64,000 bases of DNA from a virus. The translations under genes and the position numbers were made by a program. The stretch covers positions 1 to 64,000 of IMG/VR virus record IMGVR_UViG_3300042197_000731. The stretch is one strand, 5' to 3'. Positions 17,949 to 28,178 of the stretch are shown here, piece by piece (the stretch's first letter is position 1; every line of letters begins with the position of its first letter). A model generated the notes under the pieces. It was not told the DNA's origin and made no database searches. It saw only the letters and a list, made by a program, of their open reading frames with translations.

Positions 17949-17955
17949 ATAAATA
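17949..17955 (+). promoter_or_regulatory. T4-type late promoter for the baseplate operon
   Basis: GATAAATA about 23 nt upstream of 17978. Confidence 0.6.
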
Positions 17956-17977
17956 GTTTTACTAACTATGGATTATT

Positions 17978-18895
17978 ATGACAGGCCTTGAAAGTGATTT
18001 TGAATCCGGCGGTGTTTCAAGAAATATTTTATCAACTTCTGGCACCTCCGTACTTGCTAATAATTTAAGCCCAGGAAATTCCAGTGGAGCGCGATTAGCA
18101 CAGGCTGGATTAATGTCTGGTGCTACGGGGTTATTAAAAGATATAGCAGGTAGTGTATTTAACATAAATTTTCAAAATTCAGATGGATCTGTTATTGCTC
18201 CTGAAAATGACTGGCGTGTACGTGTAAGTATGAGTTCACAGGTCGCTAACTTGTTCTACGACAATCCAGCAAATACATTGATGCGTCCATTAAACAGTCA
18301 AAATGGTACATCTGGTGTTGTATTCCCATATACTCCAACAGTAACTCTATCGCATACTGCTAGATACGGAACACAAGCATTAACACATTCCAACTACAAC
18401 AGTTACTTTTACGAAGGCAGCGAAATTGGAGCAATTCAAATCAATGGTGAATTTACTGTACAAAATGTTAGAGAAGGCCAATACTTGATGGCAGCCATAC
18501 AGTTTTTTAGAATATGTACAAAAATGTTCTTTGGCAGAGATGAATATGCTGGCAGTCCGCCGCCGCTTGTATTTTTAGATGGCTATGGCGATGCTTATCT
18601 ACCGCATATTCCATGTGTAGTAACGCAGTTTTCGCATACTATGCAGGGCGAAGTTGACTATGTTCAAATACCAATAGGTGTTGAAATTGGATCATCTGGA
18701 GAATTACCAGTGGGCCCACCGTCGCCTAGTGATTCATATGGTGGTATTGTTAGATTGCCTACAAGTAGTACGATAACCATAAATCTACAACCTGTATACA
18801 GTAGAAAGAATATTGCTGAAAACTTTACACTAGAAAATTACGCTCGTGGACTAACCATTCAGGGTGGAAATAGTACTAGGGGAGGATTTATTTAA
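17978..18895 (+). CDS. Baseplate/tail-tube initiator-like protein (CIS tube-like)
   Basis: GVVFPYTP, GSPPPLVFLDGYG, PCVVTQFS motifs; located just upstream of a LysM gp53-like gene. Confidence 0.6.
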   Translation: MTGLESDFESGGVSRNILSTSGTSVLANNLSPGNSSGARLAQAGLMSGATGLLKDIAGSVFNINFQNSDGSVIAPENDWRVRVSMSSQVANLFYDNPANTLMRPLNSQNGTSGVVFPYTPTVTLSHTARYGTQALTHSNYNSYFYEGSEIGAIQINGEFTVQNVREGQYLMAAIQFFRICTKMFFGRDEYAGSPPPLVFLDGYGDAYLPHIPCVVTQFSHTMQGEVDYVQIPIGVEIGSSGELPVGPPSPSDSYGGIVRLPTSSTITINLQPVYSRKNIAENFTLENYARGLTIQGGNSTRGGFI

Positions 18896-19197
18896 TGGCC
18901 GAAGTTACATACGCTAGAAATAGTCCATATGCTCGTACCAAATTTTATGGCAATTTTTTAGATGTCGCTCAATTTCCTAACATACCTAAAAATTCTGATG
19001 ATGTAGTATTTGAAATAAATCGTACATATCAATATCGTCCAGACTTGTTGGCATTTGACTTGTATGGTGATGCTAATTTGTGGTGGGTATTTGCTCTCAG
19101 AAATCCTAACACGATTAAAGATTCAATATTTGATATGCGTTCTGGCACTAAGATTTATTTGCCAAAAAAATCAACCTTAGATTCACTACTAGGATGA
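18895..19197 (+). CDS. gp53: Baseplate wedge protein gp53-like (LysM-like)
   Basis: YRPDLLAFDLYGDANLWWVFALRNP...GTKIYLP. Confidence 0.8.
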   Translation: MAEVTYARNSPYARTKFYGNFLDVAQFPNIPKNSDDVVFEINRTYQYRPDLLAFDLYGDANLWWVFALRNPNTIKDSIFDMRSGTKIYLPKKSTLDSLLG

Positions 19198-19201
19198 TTA
19201 T

Positions 19202-22045
19202 ATGAGTGTTGATGGCAGTTTAATACCTTTTGCAGTGACACCGTTGAATACTCCGTTGGGAGACAGTTTAGGTGATTTATCAGGAGATTTTGAATTAACT
19301 CCAGAAGATAGACAACGTGTTGCTGATATTCAATCAGGCGCTATTAATGTTCAAAATAATATTGTCGCTCAGAGCAATACAAATGACGAAACTTTCGCGG
19401 ACGAAGCCCTAGTCGCAGAATCAAATAGAGTATACGGTAGTTTGGGCCGTGAAGGTTTTACTGGCCCCGGAAGATATGAAGTTTCTGGATTCTTTGAACC
19501 ACAACGTCCAATTGAAAACCCTCTACATGAATATGCGTCGTATACGTATAATTTAAGTTTGCATATGCTCTCTATTGAGGGATATAACAGAATAGTTAAT
19601 AACAATTTTGAAAACACAACACCATCGCCTTATGTTCCAGAAAACGTACTAATAAGTGGCGCTGGCAGATATAACGATACTGACTTTAAGCGTAATAGAA
19701 ACTTCAAAGAAGATTTTTACTTTGAAGATTTTAAAATGCAGACAGTTATTACGCCTAATATGCGAAACAGAAACACGAACGTTATTGAGTGTTCTTTTAC
19801 TATCATTGAACCAAACGGCTTTACGTTAATTAATAGAATGATAGCCGCTGCTAATGAAGTAAATGCTAATTATGTCAGAGGACCAGGCTCATACATTCAT
19901 GTTCCTTATGTTTTACAAATAGATTTTTTCGGATACAAAGAAACTGAAGATTCAAAGCCAGAAAAGATTAAAGACTTAACCAAAATTATACCAATAAAAA
20001 TTGTTAATATAGAAACAAGCGTTCGCCAAAGTGGCGCTGAATATCGTTTTGATGCGGTTCCCTACAACCATTCTGCGTATAGTCAGATAAATGTCGCATT
20101 ACCATATACTACTAAAGTACAAGGATCTACGGTAGCAGAAATATTTAATCCATTAAGCGGTGAATCTAATAATATAAGTATATTCACTAACTTTTCAGAA
20201 AATAGAAAAAATACGGAACGAGAAATATCTCAATTGAGAGCAACTCAAACGGATTTACTTAACAGTGAAGTAGATAGCGCATCTATAACAAGCAGTCTTA
20301 ATGATGTAGACACCAGACTATCAACAGCAACTAATAATTTGAAAAAAATAAAAGATACTGTGTTAGAGGTTAATAGTATTTGTGGAGCATTTAATGATTA
20401 TTATGCTACATTAAAAGAGAAAGGTGATATAAAACATGCTCCCGTTTATATTATACAATTTGACGAAGAAATTGCCAAATCAAAATTATTTTCTGGGCCT
20501 CAACCAGTTGATGTAGCGTCAGCCGCAACTGCTAAACGTGATGCCAAAACGGATGCTCAAGTGGCAGGAGGAGCATCAAAGGGTAGTTCGTTATCTCTTA
20601 GATCTGGAGTTATTAATATACCAGCGGGTACAAGCATAGAACAATTGATTGACTTTGTAGTACGTCAAAGTGATTATGTTTTAGATCAAATTTTCTTGCC
20701 TCAGCAAGGTATTACAACTATTGATTTACAAAACAAAATTCAATCTGGTGAAAATGTAGCAAACATAGTTGATAAATTAGCAAAACCACTAAAATGGTTC
20801 AAAATTGTACCTACCGTGAAAATAGGTCAATGGGATGATACACAGGGCAGATATGTGCCAGAAATAATAATGTTTAGCGTAAAAACGTTTACGATTTCAT
20901 CAAAGTATCCATATGCTCCAAGAGGTAGAGTTCCCGGCTATGTTAAAAAATACGACTATCTGTTTACGGGAAGAAATCGAGATATCATAGATTGGAACAT
21001 AAATTTCAATACACTTTTTATGATGGCGATAACTGCTGGATTAGATAAAAACATACAAGGATCTACTGGATCAGGATTAAATCCTTCTGGGCAAGCAGCA
21101 GACCCGAATGCTCCAAAAACAACAGCGGGACAACCAGTACTGGGTGATCAAGTGGCGACGCCAGCAATTGCTCCTACTGCTGGTAACAATAAAGACACGA
21201 ATCTTGATGGTGGAAATACACAGAAAAATATTGCTTCGGCTGACTTAAAAAACTCCTTGTTTCTGGATTCAAGAGGAGATATGATTGAGTTAGATCTAAA
21301 AATCATCGGCGATCCATTATTCATAAAACAAGATGATGTGTTCTACAGTAGACCACGAGATGGCGAAAATCAAGCACTAACTCCTAACAAAAGTCTGTAC
21401 ATGGATACTGGAGAATTGTACATATTTGTTAACTTTCTTACTCCAGTAGACTATGATGAAGAAAAGGGTCTTGCTGAAGTAAAGGCAAATGATATACTAG
21501 GTCCGGAAGAAAATATTATTGAGGCAAGTAATTTAGGATACAGTAATTTCAGTGGCGTTTACAAATTGATTACAGTAGATTCAACATTTGTTAGAGGAAA
21601 GTTTGAACAGAATTTACGTATGGCAAAAGTTCTGTTTGATCAGGTTGGATTGAGTATTAGTGAACTCAGACAGAGACAAGCCGCAGAAATAGCACAGTCA
21701 GTTAATCTTGGCATTCAGAGAAGTGCTAGATTCGCTCCGTCAAATCCTTCAACTATAGGCGAATTTTTCTCTGATGTAAATAAAACAAATGCCCTGCTAT
21801 TAAACAATTTTGGACTTACAGGGAATGACATTTTAGGTCAAGGCTTAACTGTTTTGAATTCAATTCCAGAAGTTGGAAGAATAACCACGGGCATACAAAA
21901 CCTAGGATCAACGGTACAGAGAACTTTTGGTGAAATACAGGAAGGACTAAGTACAGTTAAACAAACCGTAACACAGGCATTACCAACTCCAACACCTCCT
22001 ATTAGAGAAGTTAATTGGGAATCTGTGCCGGGTAATGGAATTTAA
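19202..22045 (+). CDS. Baseplate hub-like structural protein
   Basis: 947 aa; NPLHEYASYTYNLSL, FTIIEPNG, LKIIGDP, FSGVYKLITVDSTFVRGKFEQNL; located between gp53 and the spike. Confidence 0.6.
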   Translation: MSVDGSLIPFAVTPLNTPLGDSLGDLSGDFELTPEDRQRVADIQSGAINVQNNIVAQSNTNDETFADEALVAESNRVYGSLGREGFTGPGRYEVSGFFEPQRPIENPLHEYASYTYNLSLHMLSIEGYNRIVNNNFENTTPSPYVPENVLISGAGRYNDTDFKRNRNFKEDFYFEDFKMQTVITPNMRNRNTNVIECSFTIIEPNGFTLINRMIAAANEVNANYVRGPGSYIHVPYVLQIDFFGYKETEDSKPEKIKDLTKIIPIKIVNIETSVRQSGAEYRFDAVPYNHSAYSQINVALPYTTKVQGSTVAEIFNPLSGESNNISIFTNFSENRKNTEREISQLRATQTDLLNSEVDSASITSSLNDVDTRLSTATNNLKKIKDTVLEVNSICGAFNDYYATLKEKGDIKHAPVYIIQFDEEIAKSKLFSGPQPVDVASAATAKRDAKTDAQVAGGASKGSSLSLRSGVINIPAGTSIEQLIDFVVRQSDYVLDQIFLPQQGITTIDLQNKIQSGENVANIVDKLAKPLKWFKIVPTVKIGQWDDTQGRYVPEIIMFSVKTFTISSKYPYAPRGRVPGYVKKYDYLFTGRNRDIIDWNINFNTLFMMAITAGLDKNIQGSTGSGLNPSGQAADPNAPKTTAGQPVLGDQVATPAIAPTAGNNKDTNLDGGNTQKNIASADLKNSLFLDSRGDMIELDLKIIGDPLFIKQDDVFYSRPRDGENQALTPNKSLYMDTGELYIFVNFLTPVDYDEEKGLAEVKANDILGPEENIIEASNLGYSNFSGVYKLITVDSTFVRGKFEQNLRMAKVLFDQVGLSISELRQRQAAEIAQSVNLGIQRSARFAPSNPSTIGEFFSDVNKTNALLLNNFGLTGNDILGQGLTVLNSIPEVGRITTGIQNLGSTVQRTFGEIQEGLSTVKQTVTQALPTPTPPIREVNWESVPGNGI

Positions 22046-22054
22046 GGTATAAAA

Positions 22055-24193
22055 GTGTCATCATCTTTAAGCAGACCATATTTAGGAACTAAGTTACCAA
22101 GCTATATTGATTCTGTCGGCGCAGAATTGCCAAAACAATCTGGCATATTTGTAGGTGTAGTTAAGCAAATAGACACGACTACCAGAACTGGTAGACTACA
22201 GGTATATATAAAACAATTGGGCGGGCCAGATCCTGACAATCCTTCAAATTGGAAGTTGGTATCTTATGCTAGTCCATTTTTTGGTCAGACCTCAGGCAAA
22301 AAAGGCACTGAGTTCGTTAAAGCAGGATCAGATCAAAATACATTTTTGAACACAACTCAGACTTATGGTTTCCACATGGTTTCTCCCGATATAGGTAATC
22401 AAGTTCTTTGTTGTTTCGTTGAAGGAGAAGTCGCTGGTTATTGGTTTGCTTGCATAAACAAAAGTGCCAGTATTTACATGACTCCTGGGATAGGTGCTGT
22501 TGATGTTAGGTTAATAGATCCTGTAAGCATACAAGAGTCTGGTTTAACCCTTGATTCAAATAAAAAATATCCAGTTAGTGAATGGAATGAAAACTTACCA
22601 GCGGGATATTCAAAACCAACTAAAGAGGTGCCTAAGCCTCTTCACATATACAAAACAGTTCAATTGTTAGTTGCTGGATTAGATGGTGATGAAGTTCGTG
22701 GTCCGATTACGAGTAGTAGTCAGCGTGATCCAATAAGTAGTGTTTTTGGCTTCAGTACACCTGGCCGACCTATACCACCTCAAGATCCAGCAAATGATGA
22801 AAATTTAGCAACACGATTAGCCACTGGTGATTTTAATCCAAAAGAGTTTGAAGTAACCGCTAGAGTAGGTGGACACTCATTGGTAATGGACGATGGTGAC
22901 ATCTATGGTAAAAACAATTTAGTCAGACTTAAATCTGGAAATGGCCACCAAATATTGATGCATGATACGGAAGGTATCATATACATAAGCAATGCGAATG
23001 GTAATGCGTGGGTAGAGTTGACCCGCGAGGGTGATATTCTAATTTATGGTGCCAGAGATATGTCGATTAGGACAAGTGGTAATCTGATGATGCACAGCGA
23101 TAAAAATATTAGTTTTTTTGCTAGAGAAGACATTAATATTGCTGCGGCAAAAAACTTAAATGTTGAAGCATTGGAGATTAATCAAACAGCACTAACTAAA
23201 TTGGCATTGTTGGGAAAGAAAATTCAAATGAAGAGTGGTAGTACATTTGATGTTGTTTCAAACTCAGCTATGCGCGTAAAGGCGTCGGGTAAAGTGTCTA
23301 TCAACGGAAGTAGTATTGCGTTAAACGGCAGCGGTAATAGTCCAACCATAGATGATGTAGAACGAATTAAGCAATATAAATTACCAGACGTAATACCATT
23401 TGAAAATGGCCCAGCCGTTCAATTTGTTGTTAGTGATGGAATATTGTTTACAACAAATTATAAAGTGCCAACTCATGAGCCATATTTTAGACAGGGTATA
23501 GAACAAGCAGCACAAGAATTACAGGCTCAGGCAGATACACTTAGCACTGATGTTGATGGAAATCCAATAAATCCTCAGCCAATAGTAAATCCACAAGGAC
23601 CTGCGGCAGCCGAAAATACTGATCTAGTAGGTGCCGCAACTCCAGCAACATTCATTAGTCAACCGACGCCACCAGAGGGAATTGGAGAGTTAACAACAAA
23701 TGAAGTTCGTGCTTTTATGGCACAATTAGGAGATGCTGAAAGTGGTGGTTTATATGATGCTATTCAAAACGCCGGATTTGTGGGCAAATATCAATTCAGC
23801 GTAGAGGATTTACAAAATTTGGGATACATTAAAGAAGGACTAGAAAACACAATAGATAGTCTACAAAACCCAAATAACTGGATCAGTAAAGACAGCATAA
23901 CAAACTTAGACGAGTTTTTGAAGTCTCCAGACTTACAAGAACAGGCTATGTTTGATCTAGCAAAGTCAAATTATGCTACGCTTCAGGCAACGGGCGCAAT
24001 AACAAAGAGTACTTCAAAAGAAGTCATATCTGGATTACTATCGGTGGCACATCTTGCTGGCGCGAGTGGTGCGACAACATGGTTCAAAACTGGTAAATAT
24101 AGTGTTAATGCCAATGGATATACCGCTGCTGATTACTTCAACCGTGGTAAATTTAGTTCTACTCAGACTAGTCTATATGACGATGAACAATAA
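22055..24193 (+). CDS. Baseplate spike (gp5/VgrG-like) with C-terminal lysozyme-like domain
   Basis: N-terminal OB-fold (GRLQVYI, PDIGNQVLC), GHSLVMDD/GHQILMHD, beta-repeats, PTHEP; C-terminal AESGG.Y..GFVGKYQF. Confidence 0.75.
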   Translation: MSSSLSRPYLGTKLPSYIDSVGAELPKQSGIFVGVVKQIDTTTRTGRLQVYIKQLGGPDPDNPSNWKLVSYASPFFGQTSGKKGTEFVKAGSDQNTFLNTTQTYGFHMVSPDIGNQVLCCFVEGEVAGYWFACINKSASIYMTPGIGAVDVRLIDPVSIQESGLTLDSNKKYPVSEWNENLPAGYSKPTKEVPKPLHIYKTVQLLVAGLDGDEVRGPITSSSQRDPISSVFGFSTPGRPIPPQDPANDENLATRLATGDFNPKEFEVTARVGGHSLVMDDGDIYGKNNLVRLKSGNGHQILMHDTEGIIYISNANGNAWVELTREGDILIYGARDMSIRTSGNLMMHSDKNISFFAREDINIAAAKNLNVEALEINQTALTKLALLGKKIQMKSGSTFDVVSNSAMRVKASGKVSINGSSIALNGSGNSPTIDDVERIKQYKLPDVIPFENGPAVQFVVSDGILFTTNYKVPTHEPYFRQGIEQAAQELQAQADTLSTDVDGNPINPQPIVNPQGPAAAENTDLVGAATPATFISQPTPPEGIGELTTNEVRAFMAQLGDAESGGLYDAIQNAGFVGKYQFSVEDLQNLGYIKEGLENTIDSLQNPNNWISKDSITNLDEFLKSPDLQEQAMFDLAKSNYATLQATGAITKSTSKEVISGLLSVAHLAGASGATTWFKTGKYSVNANGYTAADYFNRGKFSSTQTSLYDDEQ

Positions 24194-24201
24194 ATACATC
24201 T

Positions 24202-24573
24202 ATGTATAAAGGCTTTAGTACTAACACAGATGGTAAAAAGTTTAGTTTAACTAATTTTGATTTAGTTAAACGTGACTTACAAAATCATTTTTATATTCGT
24301 AAGGGTGAAAAGTTAATGAATCCTAACTTCGGCACCATTATATGGGATATGATATTTGAGCCATTAACCCAAGAAACAAAGAATGTTATTATTCAAGATA
24401 TAAAAAAGATTATAGCAAATGATCCAAGAATTTCCGCAAAGAATGTTATAGTAACTCAATTTGATCGTGGAATTCAAATAGAATTAGAATTGATTTATAT
24501 ATCAACTGGTCAAGTAGAAAGATTAGAACTACAATTCGAGCGGAATAGCCAAACTTCAACTACTAATCTTTAA
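24202..24573 (+). CDS. gp25: Baseplate wedge protein gp25
   Basis: RKGEKLMNPNFGTIIWDMIFEP...DPRI; late promoter at 24190-24196. Confidence 0.88.
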   Translation: MYKGFSTNTDGKKFSLTNFDLVKRDLQNHFYIRKGEKLMNPNFGTIIWDMIFEPLTQETKNVIIQDIKKIIANDPRISAKNVIVTQFDRGIQIELELIYISTGQVERLELQFERNSQTSTTNL

Positions 24574-24616
24574 TAGTAGCATATATTTTTTTGATAAATA
24601 ACAAAAAGAGAAGTTT

Positions 24617-27600
24617 ATGGCTATTACTGAACGACAAAATAACCTTATTGTTAATCAAGACTGGACAAAGATTTATCAAAGTTTTAGAAACGCTGATTTT
24701 CAGAGTTATGATTTTCAGACGTTACGAAAAACAATGATAGATTATCTAAAAATCTATTATCCAGAAAATTTTAATGACTTTATTGAGTCAAGTGAATATA
24801 TAGCACTTATAGATTTAATCGCATATTTAGGGCAGAGTCTGGCATTTAGAACAGATTTGAATGCCAGAGAAAATTTCATAGATACTGCTGAACGCAGAGA
24901 TAGTGTTCTAAAATTAGCCAGATTAATAAGTTACAATTCAAGTAGAAATCAAGCGGCAACCGGCTATCTTAAGATAGAGAGTATTCAGACAACTCAATCT
25001 CTTCGTGATATTGTTGGAAATGACATCACCAATTCCATTATAACATGGAATGATTCAACAAATCCAGAATGGTATGAACAATTTGTTATTGTATTAAATT
25101 CAGCACTATCTTCTGGGCAAAGTGTTGGTAATCCCGTAGGATCAAAAGTCATTGATGGCATAACTGTAAGCGAATACAACTTAAATTCAACCCAAGGATC
25201 ACTGCCTATTCTACCATTTTCAGTTCAAATAGATAGCACTGCACTGAATTTTGAAATAGTTAGTCCTACTATTGCTAATGAAGACTATGTATACGAGTCT
25301 TCACCATTACCAGGCAAGCCATTGAATATACTTTATCGTAGTGATAATTTAGGCAATGCCAGCAACAATACTGGATTTTTCTTGTATTTTAAACAAGGTT
25401 CGCTATCTAATACTGCTTTTGCTTTTCCAGAAAGCATACCAAACAATATAGCAAATATAAACATAAACAATATTAATAATAGTGATGTTTGGCTGTATGA
25501 ATTAAACAGTATAGGTCAAGCAATTGCTTTGTGGGAAAAAGTTCCTAGTGTCAACGGCACAAATATCATATACAACGACAATGCTGCCAGAAAGAGTTAT
25601 CAGGTAAGTACCAGAGCAGGTGATCAAATTGATTTGGTTTTCGGTGATGGAACATATGCTCAGATACCTGTTGGCTCATATAGAGCCTATTACAGAACTA
25701 GCGTTGGTTTATCTTACCGCATTACTCCAGATGAAATGAGTAATGTTGTATTCGCTATTCCGTATGTAAGCAGATTAGGTAGATTAGAAACATTAACTGT
25801 TACTGCTAGTTTAAAATATACGGTAGCAAATGCCCTGCCGCGTGAGAGTTTAGCCGAGATAAAAACAAAAGCACCACAACTATACTATACCCAAAATCGT
25901 ATGGTAACAGGTGAAGATTATAACATATTCCCATATGCTAACTACAGTTCAATAAGCAAAGTAAAAGCAGTAAACAGAACTAGCAGTGGTGTAAGTAGAT
26001 ATCTAGATGTTAGTGATACTACTGGTAGATATAGTAGTACGAATATATTCGCACAAGACGGAATATTCTATAAAGAAGATGGAGCAAGCAGCTTTACTTT
26101 TACATTCAATACAACATCTGAAATTAACAGAATAATTCAAAATCAAGTATTAGAATATGTAAGAGGTAAATCTCTACTACACTTTTATTATTATTATTTT
26201 GATAGATTTCAGATAACTAATCTTTACTGGAACAGAGTAGTAGCGGGATCTGGTTCAAGTTCTGGTTATTTTAAAAGTAGTATTACGTCCACTACACCAG
26301 TATCTGTTGGAGTAGGTCAAGTTGATGGCAGGCAATATATAACTGAAGGATCAATAATCATATTGAGTCCTGGCACTGGAAATTATTTTAACACGGCTAA
26401 TGAAATATTGCCTCTACCTAGTAATGGGGTAATACCACAGAACGGTCGTTCTTTACTATATGTATCTATTGCTAATTTAGTTGGAAATGGTAGCCAAGCC
26501 GTACTGAGTGATGGCCAAGGTCCGATTAATGTAAGTGTTAATTTGAGTTCAAATGCTCAAGTAATAGCGGTAATACCTGCATTCAGTAATCAGTTTACAA
26601 CACCATTTCTAAGTCAATTGATATCTTTAATAAACAATTATAATAATTTCGGTTTAAGATACGATCAAAGTAGTAGAACTTGGAAAATTATAAACGCTCA
26701 GGACTTAGATACTACCAATCAATTTAGCCAAGAATTTGAAGGTGATATCACTGGTCTTAATAAAGATTCCAGTTGGCTGTTAAAATTTAGTGTGAATAAT
26801 TCAATATATACCGTTGATGTTCGTGGATTAAATTACATATTTGAAAGTACGGAAGAAACTAAATTTTATTTTGATCCACAAACTAAAGTGTATGATCCAG
26901 CAACAGGTACTACAATAAATGACAATGTAAAAGTGTTGAAAGTAAATGGCAATGCCAGTACTGGATCGCCACTAACAAATGATATTGTGCTGAATATATA
27001 CAATCAGATTCCAGAATCGGATGGGTATGTTGATGCCAGTAAGATATTGGTAACCTATAGTGATGACAATGCCAATGATATACCCGATAATCCAGATATA
27101 TTCAATGTAGTTGTACAGCCGATAATTGACATTTATGAAACTACAACAGCAATATCTAGTTTGATAAACATATTTGAAATAGGTCAAATATTCTATACAA
27201 GCAGTGATGAAAAATACTATCAATTAATATTAAGTTCTGGCACTAGATCACTGCTTGAAATAACATATCCAGGAGATAAATTTATTTACTTTGAGAAGAC
27301 TTTCTCATATAACAATTTTATAACGTATGAACCACTTGACAGTAATATAGTAAACGATGATTTTGCGACAGAGAATGACATTCTTCAAAATATTAATAAT
27401 TATATTGTAGGACAAATATTTTACGCATATACCGATGATCAGTTTTATGTATTAACGTCTGAGAATGGAATTAGGACATTAGTTATAAGTGATAGTTATT
27501 TGGCTAGAATAGGTAGAAATGATTTATATTTTCAGTATAGACACAATTCACCCGGTAGCAGAAGAATAGATCCAAGTCCAAGTAACTTGATAGATATGTA

Positions 27601-28162
27601 TATTCTTACTAAAGAATATGAGACTAGTTATAGAGCATGGATTTTAGATAACACTGGTACAGTGAGTGAGCCTGAAATGCCTACTGCCACTCAATTAAAA
27701 ATATCATTCTCTGATATAGAGCAATTTAAATCAGTTAGTGATGCTATCATTTATAATTCTGCGAAGTACAAACCACTATTTGGTAACAAAGCATCTCCAG
27801 AGTTACAGGCAACATTCAAGGTAATTAAAAATCAAAATATCAATCTGTCCGATACTGAGATAAAGAGTAGAGTAATATCATTCATCAATGTATTTTTCTC
27901 TGCTGGTAATTGGGACTTTGGTGAAACTTTTTACTTTACTGAATTAGCCACCTTTATACAACAGAGTATGGCTCCAAATATTTCAAGTATTGTGATAGTT
28001 CCGAATAGTGTTGGACAAGTATATGGTTCATTACAACAAATAGGTAGTGAGCCTAATGAAATATTAATAAGTTGTGCAACGGTAGACAATGTTCAGATAA
28101 TTTCTTCTATAACAGCATCTCAATTAAATTTACAAGCATTGTCAATGGATACATTAGTTTAA
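24617..28162 (+). CDS. gp6: Baseplate wedge protein gp6-like
   Basis: DFQTLRKTMIDYL, NARENFIDTAERRDSVLKLA, VFGDG, QNRMVTGEDY; late promoter at 24594-24600. Confidence 0.82.
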   Translation: MAITERQNNLIVNQDWTKIYQSFRNADFQSYDFQTLRKTMIDYLKIYYPENFNDFIESSEYIALIDLIAYLGQSLAFRTDLNARENFIDTAERRDSVLKLARLISYNSSRNQAATGYLKIESIQTTQSLRDIVGNDITNSIITWNDSTNPEWYEQFVIVLNSALSSGQSVGNPVGSKVIDGITVSEYNLNSTQGSLPILPFSVQIDSTALNFEIVSPTIANEDYVYESSPLPGKPLNILYRSDNLGNASNNTGFFLYFKQGSLSNTAFAFPESIPNNIANININNINNSDVWLYELNSIGQAIALWEKVPSVNGTNIIYNDNAARKSYQVSTRAGDQIDLVFGDGTYAQIPVGSYRAYYRTSVGLSYRITPDEMSNVVFAIPYVSRLGRLETLTVTASLKYTVANALPRESLAEIKTKAPQLYYTQNRMVTGEDYNIFPYANYSSISKVKAVNRTSSGVSRYLDVSDTTGRYSSTNIFAQDGIFYKEDGASSFTFTFNTTSEINRIIQNQVLEYVRGKSLLHFYYYYFDRFQITNLYWNRVVAGSGSSSGYFKSSITSTTPVSVGVGQVDGRQYITEGSIIILSPGTGNYFNTANEILPLPSNGVIPQNGRSLLYVSIANLVGNGSQAVLSDGQGPINVSVNLSSNAQVIAVIPAFSNQFTTPFLSQLISLINNYNNFGLRYDQSSRTWKIINAQDLDTTNQFSQEFEGDITGLNKDSSWLLKFSVNNSIYTVDVRGLNYIFESTEETKFYFDPQTKVYDPATGTTINDNVKVLKVNGNASTGSPLTNDIVLNIYNQIPESDGYVDASKILVTYSDDNANDIPDNPDIFNVVVQPIIDIYETTTAISSLINIFEIGQIFYTSSDEKYYQLILSSGTRSLLEITYPGDKFIYFEKTFSYNNFITYEPLDSNIVNDDFATENDILQNINNYIVGQIFYAYTDDQFYVLTSENGIRTLVISDSYLARIGRNDLYFQYRHNSPGSRRIDPSPSNLIDMYILTKEYETSYRAWILDNTGTVSEPEMPTATQLKISFSDIEQFKSVSDAIIYNSAKYKPLFGNKASPELQATFKVIKNQNINLSDTEIKSRVISFINVFFSAGNWDFGETFYFTELATFIQQSMAPNISSIVIVPNSVGQVYGSLQQIGSEPNEILISCATVDNVQIISSITASQLNLQALSMDTLV

Positions 28163-28178
28163 GAGAAGATAACATATT

